Under the pieces are notes generated by a model. It saw only the letters and a program-made list of their open reading frames with translations, did not search any database and was not told the DNA's origin. From Myxococcales bacterium (GTDB taxonomy: Bacteria; Myxococcota_A; UBA9042), in assembly GCA_037441385.1 (NCBI GenBank), contig JBBISH010000009.1, positions 1 to 64,000 on the forward strand: 64,000 nucleotides of DNA, given 5' to 3'. A program made the translations under genes and the position numbers. Below, in pieces: positions 17,660 to 27,576 of this stretch (its first letter is position 1; every line of letters begins with the position of its first letter).

Positions 17660-19663
17660 TCAGCGGACCAGCACCTGGATGTGGCTGAAGGCGAAGGACT
17701 CGTCGCTGGCGGCCTGGTCCAAGCCGGTGGCGAACTTCAGGTTGACCGTCGCGCCGGTGTGGGTGATGGCGCCCGTCGCGGCCTCCAGCGCCCAGTAGCC
17801 GTTCGGGCCGTTGTTGTTGCCCCAGGGCGCCGGGGTAAAGGTCGCCGTGTTCCAGCCGTTGCCCGAGCCGACCGCGTTCCACACCTTGGTCGCCGACCAC
17901 ACCATGTTGTTGTCCACGTGCATCTGCGCGCCGTTGCCCTCGCCGTCCCAGCTGTCGACCGCGTAGTAGCGGCCGCGGATGCGGACTTGGCTGTGCGGCA
18001 AGTTGGTCGCAAAGGTCTTGTTGGCGCCGCCGCCCGTGCCCCACATGCCGTGGACCGTGGTGCTGGCCCCGCCTACGCTGGCGCTGGTCAAGGTGCCATC
18101 GCTCCAACCTGCCGCATCGGCACCGTTTTCCACGGCGATGACCGTCCAGCCGCCGCCTTCGGTGGTCATGTCGCAGGTCACCTGCTGGGTCTTGCCGTCG
18201 GCGAACGTGACGTAGTACGGGCCGTCCTTGGACGCCGGCATCTTGGTCAAGATGTCCTTGCAGCTTTGGCCGGGATTGTTCGACGTGCCGTAGGGCGCAA
18301 GGACGATTGGGTACCAGCTGGTCCCGTTGCAGATGTACAGCGATTTTGCAGCGTTGTTGTAGTAGGCCGCGCCCTCCAGGCGGGCATCGCAGGTCGCTGG
18401 TGCCGCACTTGCCGAATAGAACTGGAACATTCCGTTGGCCGCGACGCGTTGCTTGCTCAGGGTCTGCATCTGCACCTGCCAGCTCTCGATCTTGCCGTCG
18501 GTGGGGCCCGTGCCCTTGCCCAAGTCAGCCACGGTAATCGACCACAGGCCTTTGGGATTTTGGCCGACCCAGGTGGCCAGGCTGGCGGTGGTCGCGTGCG
18601 TGACCGTCAGCTCCAGCTTGGTGCCGGTCTTCTCGCCGTTGTAGATGGTCGTCTTGGTGCCGGTGGGATCGTAAAGATCCACGCGGACTTTGCTGATGTC
18701 CGAGTTGGTGACCGTCACGGCCACCGCCAGCCCTTGGGCCGTGCCGTAGTCGCCAAAGGTGAGCGAGTCGGACACGCCAGCGCCCAAGAAGTCGGGGATC
18801 GCGACCGGCGTCGAGGTCGAGGCGTTGGTCTCGTTGAACTGGTCGGTCAGCAGACCGTTCGAGACTTCGTCCAGGCCATCGGGCGGCAGATTCGCCGCCG
18901 TGACGCCGCCGGTCACGCACTCCAGGCTGCCGTCGGCCTTGATGCCTTTGACGACGAGCCCCGTGCCGCAGCTTGCGCCGACCTTGGCCATGGTGGGAAT
19001 CGCGAGCAAGTCTGCGAATTTACCTGTTGTCGCCACGTCGGCCAGCTTGGGGGTGCCGGCCAGGTCGCTGTACTGGCCCGTGGCCGCCACCTTGGCCAGG
19101 GCGGACGCCTGCACGTAGGGTTGCAGCGCGTTGTTGATCGCCGACTGCACATCGGTCGACTTGGCGTAGCCCTGCAGCGACGTGGTGACATCCGTCGTCT
19201 TCGCATAAGGTTGCAGCACGGCGGCGTCCAAATTCTTGGCGGCGATGCAGCCCGAGCAGTCCAGCCCCTCGGCCGTGCCCGCCCGCAGCGCAAAGGCGAT
19301 CGACTGCATGGGCCGGCGCGGCAGTTCTGGATCGTTGCCCACTTGCACACCCACAAACGGCGTTGCCAGGCCTGCGAGCACGGCGCTGGTCAGCGGCGTC
19401 TTGGCGCCAGCGATCAGGCTGAATTGACCGGACTTTACCGCCACGTCCAAGGGGCCCTCTTGCCACACCGCGCTACCGCCGACCTCTTGGGCGTAGACGC
19501 GCAGGGTGAGCTGGTAGGTACCGTCGGCGGCCGGGCTGCCGCTGGCAGAGAGCAGCACGCCTTCCACGGCGGTCGAGGTCGGCACGGCAAAGGCCGCGCT
19601 GGGCACAACGGCGGCGGCAAGGGCGACCAACGTGGAGGCAAAAAAGGTGGCAAGTCGGCGCAT
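17660..19663 (-). CDS. Exported fibre-like protein with a proprotein-convertase P-like domain and a fibrinogen-like CDMxxxGGGWT domain
   Basis: Signal peptide; LAKVAATGQYSDL/LADVATTGKFADL repeats; GQNPKGLWSITVAD..GKIESW; SCKDIL...TCDMTTEGGGWT; GAGG RBS. Confidence 0.85.
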   Translation of the reverse strand: MRRLATFFASTLVALAAAVVPSAAFAVPTSTAVEGVLLSASGSPAADGTYQLTLRVYAQEVGGSAVWQEGPLDVAVKSGQFSLIAGAKTPLTSAVLAGLATPFVGVQVGNDPELPRRPMQSIAFALRAGTAEGLDCSGCIAAKNLDAAVLQPYAKTTDVTTSLQGYAKSTDVQSAINNALQPYVQASALAKVAATGQYSDLAGTPKLADVATTGKFADLLAIPTMAKVGASCGTGLVVKGIKADGSLECVTGGVTAANLPPDGLDEVSNGLLTDQFNETNASTSTPVAIPDFLGAGVSDSLTFGDYGTAQGLAVAVTVTNSDISKVRVDLYDPTGTKTTIYNGEKTGTKLELTVTHATTASLATWVGQNPKGLWSITVADLGKGTGPTDGKIESWQVQMQTLSKQRVAANGMFQFYSASAAPATCDARLEGAAYYNNAAKSLYICNGTSWYPIVLAPYGTSNNPGQSCKDILTKMPASKDGPYYVTFADGKTQQVTCDMTTEGGGWTVIAVENGADAAGWSDGTLTSASVGGASTTVHGMWGTGGGANKTFATNLPHSQVRIRGRYYAVDSWDGEGNGAQMHVDNNMVWSATKVWNAVGSGNGWNTATFTPAPWGNNNGPNGYWALEAATGAITHTGATVNLKFATGLDQAASDESFAFSHIQVLVR

Positions 19664-19770
19664 GGTGTCCTCGTTCGTGGGCAAGCTGCGCCATTGTACC
19701 GATTGCGCGCGCCTGTCACAACGTGGTCGCGCCGCGGACCCCCGGTTCAAAAGCCTTGCAATGTTAGGAT

Positions 19771-19789
19771 GTAGAAAATGCCCCCCAAC
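19771..19789 (+). promoter_or_regulatory. Recurrent motif GTAGAAAATGCCCCCCAAC (copy 2)
   Basis: 19/19 identical to 21043-21061. Confidence 0.6.
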
Positions 19790-19854
19790 GCTGGCGCGCT
19801 CCGACCCGGCCCTGCTATTGTGCCAGTGCGGTCGCGGCACCGCCCCACGGCGTC

Positions 19855-21033
19855 ATGCGTAGTTGCCTTGTTCTACTCGGATTCTTCTTGGTTGCCTGTG
19901 GCAGCGGCGGCTCGCCAGTGTCTCCGGTTGCCGACGCGGCGGTGGCGGCCGGCGATACAACCGCCGCAGAGGCCACACCCCCCACCGACGGCGCGGGATC
20001 GCAAGATGCCCACGCCGAAGTCGCCGCGGATCCTGGGCCGCTCGCGCCCACCGCCGCCGAGCAGCAGCACTTGGATCTGCTGCGGCAGGCGCGTCAGGTG
20101 TCGGCGCAGCAGGGCGAAAAACTCTGGCCTGGCTATGGGTTGCACAAGCTGGATCTGTATTGGGTCCACCGGCTGTCGGCAACTCAGGTGCGCGGCTTCT
20201 TTCTGACGGCGGCGGCGGCGCCCGCGGGCTCCCAGCCGGTGCCGGGCCAGCCCGACCTGTATCGGTTGGATGGCCCAGGCGCGGACCTGCCCAACAGCGA
20301 GTGGGATGCCGCGGATTTTCCTGTTGGCACCGGGACGGCCTTGGCCCTCGTCGACGATCTGGCCGAGCTGCATCGTCCCCAGCACTCGCTGCGCCGGGCC
20401 GGCAATCTCTACTTTGATTACCTGCGGTTTTTCGAGCAGGGCTGGCCGCCGCCCCCGGGTTGTGGGCAGACCAACCATTGGAGCAACGACCTAGAGGCGC
20501 GGGCGCTGATGTTTGCCGAGAATCAGGCCCTGGCGGCCGCGCTGCTGTCCAGCGACCCCACGGAAGTGACCTTGCGCTTGGGCGATTTTGCCCAGTTCCG
20601 CGCCCGGTCATGGGAGCTGGATCCCATGATTCTCACGATGTACGACGCCTACGAACAGAGCGTGGCGGTATCGCGGTGGGTGACCGAAAACCTGGTCGTG
20701 CAAATGGGGCTGCAGTCCCAAACGCGGTTGCGCACGCTGATCAGGCAGCAAGTCCAGAGCGCCAATACGGCGCCGCTGGCCGACATGACGCCCGTGATGG
20801 CCGACCACAGCTACTGGGTGGGCATGGCGCTGCTCGACCGCGCGCGCCACTTGGGCTGGGAGGTGGCGCCGACCTACGCCAAGGGCGACACGGTCACCAA
20901 GCTCGTGCTCGCCAAGCAGGGCGGTGCCAAGCCCGATCTGCTGACGGCCGCCAAGGCGCGCTACGACTGGCCGGCGCTGTTGCAGCGCGCCGAGGCCCTG
21001 GGGCCGGCCACCAAGGTAGAAATTACGCCATAG
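19855..21033 (+). CDS. Hypothetical lipoprotein
   Basis: Lipobox LVAC; 392-aa ORF with host-like codon usage. Confidence 0.8.
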   Translation: MRSCLVLLGFFLVACGSGGSPVSPVADAAVAAGDTTAAEATPPTDGAGSQDAHAEVAADPGPLAPTAAEQQHLDLLRQARQVSAQQGEKLWPGYGLHKLDLYWVHRLSATQVRGFFLTAAAAPAGSQPVPGQPDLYRLDGPGADLPNSEWDAADFPVGTGTALALVDDLAELHRPQHSLRRAGNLYFDYLRFFEQGWPPPPGCGQTNHWSNDLEARALMFAENQALAAALLSSDPTEVTLRLGDFAQFRARSWELDPMILTMYDAYEQSVAVSRWVTENLVVQMGLQSQTRLRTLIRQQVQSANTAPLADMTPVMADHSYWVGMALLDRARHLGWEVAPTYAKGDTVTKLVLAKQGGAKPDLLTAAKARYDWPALLQRAEALGPATKVEITP

Positions 21034-21042
21034 AGTCAGGGG

Positions 21043-21061
21043 GTAGAAAATGCCCCCCAAC
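21043..21061 (+). promoter_or_regulatory. Recurrent motif GTAGAAAATGCCCCCCAAC (copy 3)
   Basis: Lies between convergent genes and overlaps a 13-bp tandem duplication, CAACTTTCACGGT x2 (21058-21083). Confidence 0.6.
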
Positions 21062-21082
21062 TTTCACGGTCAACTTTCACGG

Positions 21083-21574
21083 TCACGGCGCGATGGCTAC
21101 CTTGCTGCCGCAGTGCAGCATCTGCGAGCCCCAGTACGGGTTGGCCAACGGCTCGGCCAGCTGCAGCCACTTCTGATAGGTCTTGGTCATGGTGCACTGA
21201 AAGGCGAGGACGCCCTTCTGCGCCTCGGGTTGCGCCGCCACCAGGGTGATCAGCCCGCGCGACCACTCGCCAAACGCCATGCGGGCAAGTTTCAAGTCGG
21301 CCGTGCCCGCCACCTTGGCCGCGGCCGCCTGCAAGGCCTTGACCGTCGCCGCATCGCCGCGCAGGCCCTTGAGGCCCGGTTCTGCCGCCTTGGCCGCCTT
21401 CTGCGCCGCCGCCGCGTCGTCTTTGCTCAGGGCCTCGCGGACTGCGTCGTAGTCCTTCAGGATTTTCTGCCAGTCCCCTTGCTCGGCCGCCGCGACTTGC
21501 CCGGGCGTTGCCACCCCTGTCGCCAGCCCCACCGCCAGCACCGCGCTCAGCATCCCTGCGATCCACTTGCTCAT
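21083..21574 (-). CDS. DUF3347-like periplasmic metal-binding protein
   Basis: Signal peptide; Y..VREAL..DD, R.AF..WS and FQCTM...WLQ....ANPYWGSQMLHCG. Confidence 0.85.
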   Translation of the reverse strand: MSKWIAGMLSAVLAVGLATGVATPGQVAAAEQGDWQKILKDYDAVREALSKDDAAAAQKAAKAAEPGLKGLRGDAATVKALQAAAAKVAGTADLKLARMAFGEWSRGLITLVAAQPEAQKGVLAFQCTMTKTYQKWLQLAEPLANPYWGSQMLHCGSKVAIAP

Positions 21575-21892
21575 CTCGATCTCCGTTGCTTGCGGGCCCA
21601 CCCGCGCCCGTGGCACTGTGCCACAACTCGGTGGCTCGATCGAGACAACGCCGCACCGCGGCAGCCTATTCGTGATACGAACCCCGTCTGATTCACGCCT
21701 GTACGGTTTCTCTGACCCGCTCTGCAACCGGCGAGAATCAGGCGGGGACCCCGGTTCGGGCCCGAAGAATTGCCGAAGTTTTCGAGCCGATTTGGACGGA
21801 ACCCGCATGACACAAGCGCGACCGTGCATGGGCTTGGTGGCCACCCCTTGCCGGCGCTGGCCAGCGTGGCATTCTGCCGTCTGGAGGTGCCA

Positions 21893-23689
21893 ATGCACGC
21901 CCTGACCCTGCTGCTGCCGGCCTTGGCGATCCTTGCCATTGCCTATCGCTATTATTCCGCGTTCTTGGCCGCGAAGGTGCTGGTGCTGGACGACCAGCGC
22001 GCTACGCCCGCCCACCGCCTGCACGACGGTCAGAACTACCACGCCACCCACAAGTGGGTGTTGTTTGGCCACCACTTTGCGGCGATCACGGGCGCGGGGC
22101 CGCTGATCGGGCCGGTGCTGGCCACGCAATTCGGCTTTGCGCCTGGGTTCTTGTGGATCCTGTGCGGGGTGGTGTTGGCCGGCGCGGTACACGATTTCAC
22201 CATCCTGGTCGCCTCGGTGCGCCACGACGGCAAAAGCCTGGCCGAGATTGCCCGCGCCGAAGTCTCGCCCCGCGCTGGCCTTTTGGCCTCGCTGGCGATC
22301 TTGTTCATCGTGGTCATTGCGCTGGCCGGCCTGGGCGTGGCGGTGGTCAACGCGCTGTCCGAGTCAGCGTGGGGCGTGTTCGCCATCGGCGCGTCGATCC
22401 CGCTGGCGCTTTTCATGGGTGTCTACCTGCACTTGTGGCGCCCCGGCAAGGTCGCCGAGGCGACGGCGCTGGGCGTGGTGGGCATGACGGCCGCCGTGGT
22501 CTTTGGGCGCGACGTGGCCGCGTCCGGCTGGGGCCACTACCTGCACCTGACCCGTGGCGAGATCACCTTTGCGATCGCCGCCTACGGCTTCGTCGCGTCG
22601 GTCTTGCCCGTGTGGCTGCTGCTGTGCCCGCGCGACTATCTGTCCAGCTTCATGAAGATCGGCACCATCGGCGGCCTGGTCATCGGCGTGCTGGTGGTCA
22701 ACCCCGAACTGCACGCGCCGGCTTTGTCCAAGTTCGCCGACGGCGGCGGGCCGATCGTGCCCGGCAAGCTCTTTCCGTTCATGTTCATCACCATCGCCTG
22801 TGGCGCTATCTCGGGTTTCCACAGCCTGGTGGCGTCGGGTACTACGCCCAAGATGCTGGACCGCGAAAGCCAAGCGCGGCCGATTGGTTACGGCGCCATG
22901 CTCGTAGAGGGCCTGGTCGGCCTGGTGGCCCTCATTGCCGCGGCCAGCCTGCACCCAGGCGACTACTACGCTATCAACGTGGCCGCGCAGAAGTACGCGG
23001 GGTTGGGGATTGCCGCGGTGAATCTGCAAGACCTACAGGCTCAGGTGGGCGAAGCCATTGCGGGTCGGCCCGGCGGCGCCGTGTCGCTGGCGGTGGGTAT
23101 GGCGCAAATCTTCAGTGCGCTGCCGGGGATGCGCGGCCTGATGGCCTACTGGTACCACTTTGCCATCTTGTTCGAGGCGGTGTTCATCTTGACCACGATC
23201 GACACCGGCACCCGCGTTGGCCGCTTCATGCTGCAAGAGTTCCTGGGCCGCCTGCACCCGGCCCTGGCGCGCACCGAGTGGCTGCCCGCCAACCTGTTGG
23301 CCACCAGCCTGATCGTCGCCGCGTGGAGCGGGTTTCTCTACACGGGTTCGATCGACACCATCTGGCCCATGTTCGGTATTGCCAACCAGTTGCTGGCGGT
23401 GATTGCGCTGGCGGTGGGCACCAGCTTCCTCATCAACTCGGGGCGCCGCCAGTACTTGTGGGTCACGGTCGCGCCGATGGTCGTCTTGTGCACCACCACG
23501 CTGTCGGCCGGCGCGCTCAGTGTGTCGCAGCTGTTCTGGCCCATGACGCAAAAGGCCGAGACCGCCGTCAAAGGCTGGTTCAACGTGGCCTGTACACTTG
23601 CGATGTTGGCTTGCGTGCTCGCGATTTTGGCCGACGCGCTGCCGCGCTGGCGCCGCCAAGCACCTACTACCGGCCAAGGCCCCGCCTAG
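21893..23689 (+). CDS. cstA: Carbon starvation protein A (peptide/pyruvate transporter)
   Basis: VLFGHHFAAITGAGPLIGPVLA, PRDYLS, ITIACGAISGFHSLVASGTTPK and WPMFGIANQLLA; GGAGG RBS. Confidence 0.95.
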   Translation: MHALTLLLPALAILAIAYRYYSAFLAAKVLVLDDQRATPAHRLHDGQNYHATHKWVLFGHHFAAITGAGPLIGPVLATQFGFAPGFLWILCGVVLAGAVHDFTILVASVRHDGKSLAEIARAEVSPRAGLLASLAILFIVVIALAGLGVAVVNALSESAWGVFAIGASIPLALFMGVYLHLWRPGKVAEATALGVVGMTAAVVFGRDVAASGWGHYLHLTRGEITFAIAAYGFVASVLPVWLLLCPRDYLSSFMKIGTIGGLVIGVLVVNPELHAPALSKFADGGGPIVPGKLFPFMFITIACGAISGFHSLVASGTTPKMLDRESQARPIGYGAMLVEGLVGLVALIAAASLHPGDYYAINVAAQKYAGLGIAAVNLQDLQAQVGEAIAGRPGGAVSLAVGMAQIFSALPGMRGLMAYWYHFAILFEAVFILTTIDTGTRVGRFMLQEFLGRLHPALARTEWLPANLLATSLIVAAWSGFLYTGSIDTIWPMFGIANQLLAVIALAVGTSFLINSGRRQYLWVTVAPMVVLCTTTLSAGALSVSQLFWPMTQKAETAVKGWFNVACTLAMLACVLAILADALPRWRRQAPTTGQGPA

Positions 23690-23752
23690 CCCCCCGCCGC
23701 CGCAAGTGCGATACTCGGCCCGCGGCTCCCCGCGCCGCAAGGCCAATCAGCC

Positions 23753-26044
23753 ATGAAGACCGAGAAAGAGTCCGACTTTACTGCCGCTGCCCTGGAGTAC
23801 CACACCTCGCCCACACCGGGAAAGATCGCGGTGGTGCCGACCAAGGGCTTGATCAACCAGCGTGATTTGGCCTTGGCCTACTCGCCCGGCGTCGCCGCCG
23901 CCTGCCATGCCATCGTGGCGGATCCGGCGCAGGCCAGCCGCATGACGGCGCGCGGCAACCTGGTGGCGGTGGTGACCAACGGCACGGCCGTGCTGGGCTT
24001 GGGTAACATCGGCCCGCTAGCGGCCAAGCCGGTGATGGAAGGCAAGGGGGTGCTGTTCAAGAAGTTCGCGGGCATCGACGTGTTCGACATCGAGATGAAC
24101 GAGACCGATCCCGACCGCCTCATCGACCACATCGCCGCGCTGGAGCCCACCTTTGGCGGCATCAACCTAGAAGACATCAAGGCGCCCGAGTGCTTCTACA
24201 TCGAGCGGACCCTACGCGAGCGGATGAAGATCCCGGTCTTTCACGACGACCAGCACGGCACAGCCATCGTGGTCGGCGCCGCGGTCTTGAACGGCTTGCA
24301 CCTGCTGGGCAAGGACATCGCCAGCGTCAAGCTGGTCACGTCGGGCGCGGGCGCGGCGGCGCTGGCCTGCCTGGACTTGCTGGTTGGGCTGGGCCTGCCC
24401 GTTGCGAACATCTGGGTCACCGACATCGAGGGGGTGGTCTATCAAGGTCGCGAAAAGCTGATGGATCCCATCAAGGATCGCTACGCCAAGGCCACCAACG
24501 CCCGCACGTTGGGCGACGTGATCGCGGGCGCCGACGTCTTCTTGGGACTCTCTGCGGCCGGCGTCCTCAAGCCCGAGATGGTGGCCAAGATGGCGGCGCG
24601 GCCGATCGTCATGGCGCTGGCGAACCCGGTGCCCGAGATCCGGCCCGACGAGGTGCGCTCGGTGCGCGATGACGCGATCATCGCCACGGGTCGGTCGGAT
24701 TACCCCAATCAAGTCAACAATGTGCTCTGCTTCCCGTTCATCTTCCGCGGCGCGCTCGACGTGGGCGCGACCACCATCAACGAGCCGATGAAGCTGGCCG
24801 CAGTGCGGGCGATCGCCGAATTGGCCCGGGCCGAGAGTTCGGATGTAGTGGCGATGGCCTACGGCGGCGAGAACCTGGCCTTTGGCCCGGACTACTTGAT
24901 CCCCAAGCCGTTCGATCCGCGCCTCATCGTGCGGGTGGCGCCGGCCGTGGCCGAGGCGGCGATGAAGTCGGGGGTGGCGACGCGGCCCTTGGCCGACCTG
25001 AACGCCTACCGCGACCGGCTCAACGACTTCGTGTACCACTCGGGCTTTGTGATGAAGCCGGTGTTCTCGGCCGCCAAGAAGGCGCCGCGCCGCGTGTGCT
25101 ACTGCGAGGGCGAGGACGAGCGGGTTCTGCGCGCCGTGCAAGCGGTTTTGGACGAGGGCCTGGCGGTGCCGGTGGTCATCGGGCGGCCGGAAGTGATGGC
25201 GATGCGCATTCAGCGCGCGGGGTTGCGGATCGTTCCGGGCCGCGACTTTGAGGTGGTGAACCCCGACAGCGATCCGCGCTACAAGACGCTGTGGCAGGAA
25301 TTCCACCAATTGCGCGGCCGGCAGGGCATCACGCCCGAGGTGGCGAAGCAGCGCATGCGCTCGGACTTGACCCTTATCGGCTGCATGCTGCTGCGTACCG
25401 GCGACGTCGACGCGGTGCTGTGCGGCACGATGGGCAAGCACGTCAAGCACTTGAACCAGATCCGCGACGCCATTGGCTTGGCTTCCGGCGCACCGTGCTT
25501 TGCCGCCATGAACCTGCTGCTGCTGCCCAAGCACACGCTGTTCATCTGCGACACCTATGTCAACGAGGACCCGACGGTTGAGCAACTGGGCGAAATCACG
25601 CTGATGGCCGCCGAAGCAGTGCGTCGCTTTGGCCTGGCGCCCAAGGTCGCGCTGCTGTCGCACTCCAATTTCGGCAGCGTCAGCTCGGCGTCCGCGCGCA
25701 AGATGAGCCGCGTGCGCGAGTGGATTGCCGAGCGCGCCCCGGACCTCGAGATGGACGGCGAGATGCACGGCGACGCCGCGCTGCAGCCCGAGATTCGCGA
25801 GCGGCTGCTGCCCGGGTGCCGACTGCAGGGCGCGGCCAACTTGCTGATCATGCCGAACCTGGACGCGGCCAACATCGCGTTCAATCTGCTCAAAGCGGTG
25901 AACGGCGAGGGCGTCACGGTGGGGCCGGTGTTGCTCGGTGCCGCCAAGCCCGTGCACATCCTGACACCTACTGCCACAGTTCGGCGCTTGGTAAACATGA
26001 CCGCGCTGTCCGTGGTCGACGCCAATCACCACCGCGGAAGCTAG
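23753..26044 (+). CDS. maeB: NADP-dependent malic enzyme with a C-terminal PTA-like domain
   Basis: [50 protein letters not shown] and [10 protein letters not shown]. Confidence 0.96.
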   Translation: MKTEKESDFTAAALEYHTSPTPGKIAVVPTKGLINQRDLALAYSPGVAAACHAIVADPAQASRMTARGNLVAVVTNGTAVLGLGNIGPLAAKPVMEGKGVLFKKFAGIDVFDIEMNETDPDRLIDHIAALEPTFGGINLEDIKAPECFYIERTLRERMKIPVFHDDQHGTAIVVGAAVLNGLHLLGKDIASVKLVTSGAGAAALACLDLLVGLGLPVANIWVTDIEGVVYQGREKLMDPIKDRYAKATNARTLGDVIAGADVFLGLSAAGVLKPEMVAKMAARPIVMALANPVPEIRPDEVRSVRDDAIIATGRSDYPNQVNNVLCFPFIFRGALDVGATTINEPMKLAAVRAIAELARAESSDVVAMAYGGENLAFGPDYLIPKPFDPRLIVRVAPAVAEAAMKSGVATRPLADLNAYRDRLNDFVYHSGFVMKPVFSAAKKAPRRVCYCEGEDERVLRAVQAVLDEGLAVPVVIGRPEVMAMRIQRAGLRIVPGRDFEVVNPDSDPRYKTLWQEFHQLRGRQGITPEVAKQRMRSDLTLIGCMLLRTGDVDAVLCGTMGKHVKHLNQIRDAIGLASGAPCFAAMNLLLLPKHTLFICDTYVNEDPTVEQLGEITLMAAEAVRRFGLAPKVALLSHSNFGSVSSASARKMSRVREWIAERAPDLEMDGEMHGDAALQPEIRERLLPGCRLQGAANLLIMPNLDAANIAFNLLKAVNGEGVTVGPVLLGAAKPVHILTPTATVRRLVNMTALSVVDANHHRGS

Positions 26045-26060
26045 AAGTTCATTGTAAAGT

Positions 26061-27533
26061 TCAGGACTTTGCTTGAGCTTGAGCGGCGGCGAGGTCGCTC
26101 GCCGCGCCCGAATAGATGGCCACTCGGTTGCGCCCGCCTTGCTTGGCTTGATACAGGGCGGCGTCTGCGGCCTGCAGTAGGCCCGCAAGCTCATGATCGT
26201 GCTGGGGGAACTCGGCCACGCCAAAGCTGACGGTGCAGCGTGGCACGTCGCCGTCGCTGCCCAGTGCGGCCACGGCCTCGCGCACCCGATCCAAAGCGGT
26301 CTTGGCATCAGCTGCGGTACAATCTGGCAATAACACAACGAATTCCTCGCCACCCCAGCGCGCCACCACGTCGCTCGGCCGCAGGGTCGACCGCAGGGTC
26401 TGGGCAAACGAGCGCAAGGCCTTGTCGCCAGCGGCGTGCCCGTAGGTGTCGTTGAGCTTCTTGAAGTGGTCCAGGTCCGCCATCGCTACCGCGGCCAGCG
26501 GCGCCGAGGCCAGGGCGGTCAAGGCCTTGGATTCAAAGGCGCGCCGGTTCAGCAAGCCGGTCAGGGTGTCCGTATTGGCCTGCATCTGGCTGGTTTGCAG
26601 TGTGCGCAGCAAGCCGGCGCGGGAGCCAAAGGCCGCGATCAACGACTCCAGGCTGCTAATTGCCGCAGGCTCCACGTCTTCGCCGCGCGGCCGGGTGACG
26701 CGGAGCACGCCCACGGCGCGCCCCATCACCGTTACCGGGATGCACACGGCAGAGCAGGGCGCGGCGCGGCCGACCAGGCGCGGGCAGGCATCCAGAGCCT
26801 CGCTGTCGTCGAATTGGAGCGTGCCGCCATTTTGAACTGCGGGGCAGCGCGCCGGGGACTGAACGCCGCACTTGTCGCCGTCGCCGCACTGCGTGCAGAC
26901 GACCGAGCGCAAATGCGCCTGACTGCTGTCAGCCAGCAGCAATTCTGCTGCTGCGGACGGGAGTTGTTGCGCCAGGCCGCGCTTCACCACCCGGTAGCTG
27001 TCCGCCTCGTCGTCCACCATGGCGAGCGCTCGCTGCAGCCGCGCCAGTTGGTCGCGCCGCGCGACCTCGACCGCCCGGCTGCGGTCGCGATGCTCGATGG
27101 TCTTGGCCACGGTGGCCAATGCCGTCTCCAGCTTGCCCAGGGCGTCACCCGCTTCGGCGTCGATGTTCACGCTGGCTACGCCCGAACCAAGGAGCTCGGC
27201 GCTGCGCACGATGCGCGCGATGCGCTGCGACAGCACCCGCTGAGTCCACGACACCAGCCCGGATCCCAGCAGCACAAAGATGAAAAGCCCGGCAAGGCAA
27301 GTCAGCCAAACAGAAACAAAATCGCTGCCCGCCTGCTCTACGGCCGCGCGCGCCGCCGCCGAATTGCCGGTCGCCTCTTGCAGCGCGCGCACGCGCTGGT
27401 CCACCTGGCCCATCACGCCAAACGTCACCACCACCATGCCCGCGGCAAACACCCACAGCGGCAGGTGGCCCAGCAGGAACAAACGCCCCAAGGGCTGGGT
27501 CGCTATGACCGATTTCGGGTCTAGTTTGGACAC
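26061..27533 (-). CDS. Membrane diguanylate cyclase (2 TM, HAMP-like, GAF-like, GGDEF)
   Basis: DTLTGLLNRR, DLDHFKKLNDTYGHAAGD, an RxxD I-site (RPSD) and an intact GGEEF motif. Confidence 0.92.
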   Translation of the reverse strand: MSKLDPKSVIATQPLGRLFLLGHLPLWVFAAGMVVVTFGVMGQVDQRVRALQEATGNSAAARAAVEQAGSDFVSVWLTCLAGLFIFVLLGSGLVSWTQRVLSQRIARIVRSAELLGSGVASVNIDAEAGDALGKLETALATVAKTIEHRDRSRAVEVARRDQLARLQRALAMVDDEADSYRVVKRGLAQQLPSAAAELLLADSSQAHLRSVVCTQCGDGDKCGVQSPARCPAVQNGGTLQFDDSEALDACPRLVGRAAPCSAVCIPVTVMGRAVGVLRVTRPRGEDVEPAAISSLESLIAAFGSRAGLLRTLQTSQMQANTDTLTGLLNRRAFESKALTALASAPLAAVAMADLDHFKKLNDTYGHAAGDKALRSFAQTLRSTLRPSDVVARWGGEEFVVLLPDCTAADAKTALDRVREAVAALGSDGDVPRCTVSFGVAEFPQHDHELAGLLQAADAALYQAKQGGRNRVAIYSGAASDLAAAQAQAKS

Positions 27534-27576
27534 GGGCCACCTACGTGCCGCCAGAGAGGGGCGGCTTGTGCGCGGG

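Noticed and set aside
23753..26044. maeB as malate supplier for BshA
   Set aside because: It is 15 kb away with unrelated genes in between, and there is no sequence evidence of linkage.
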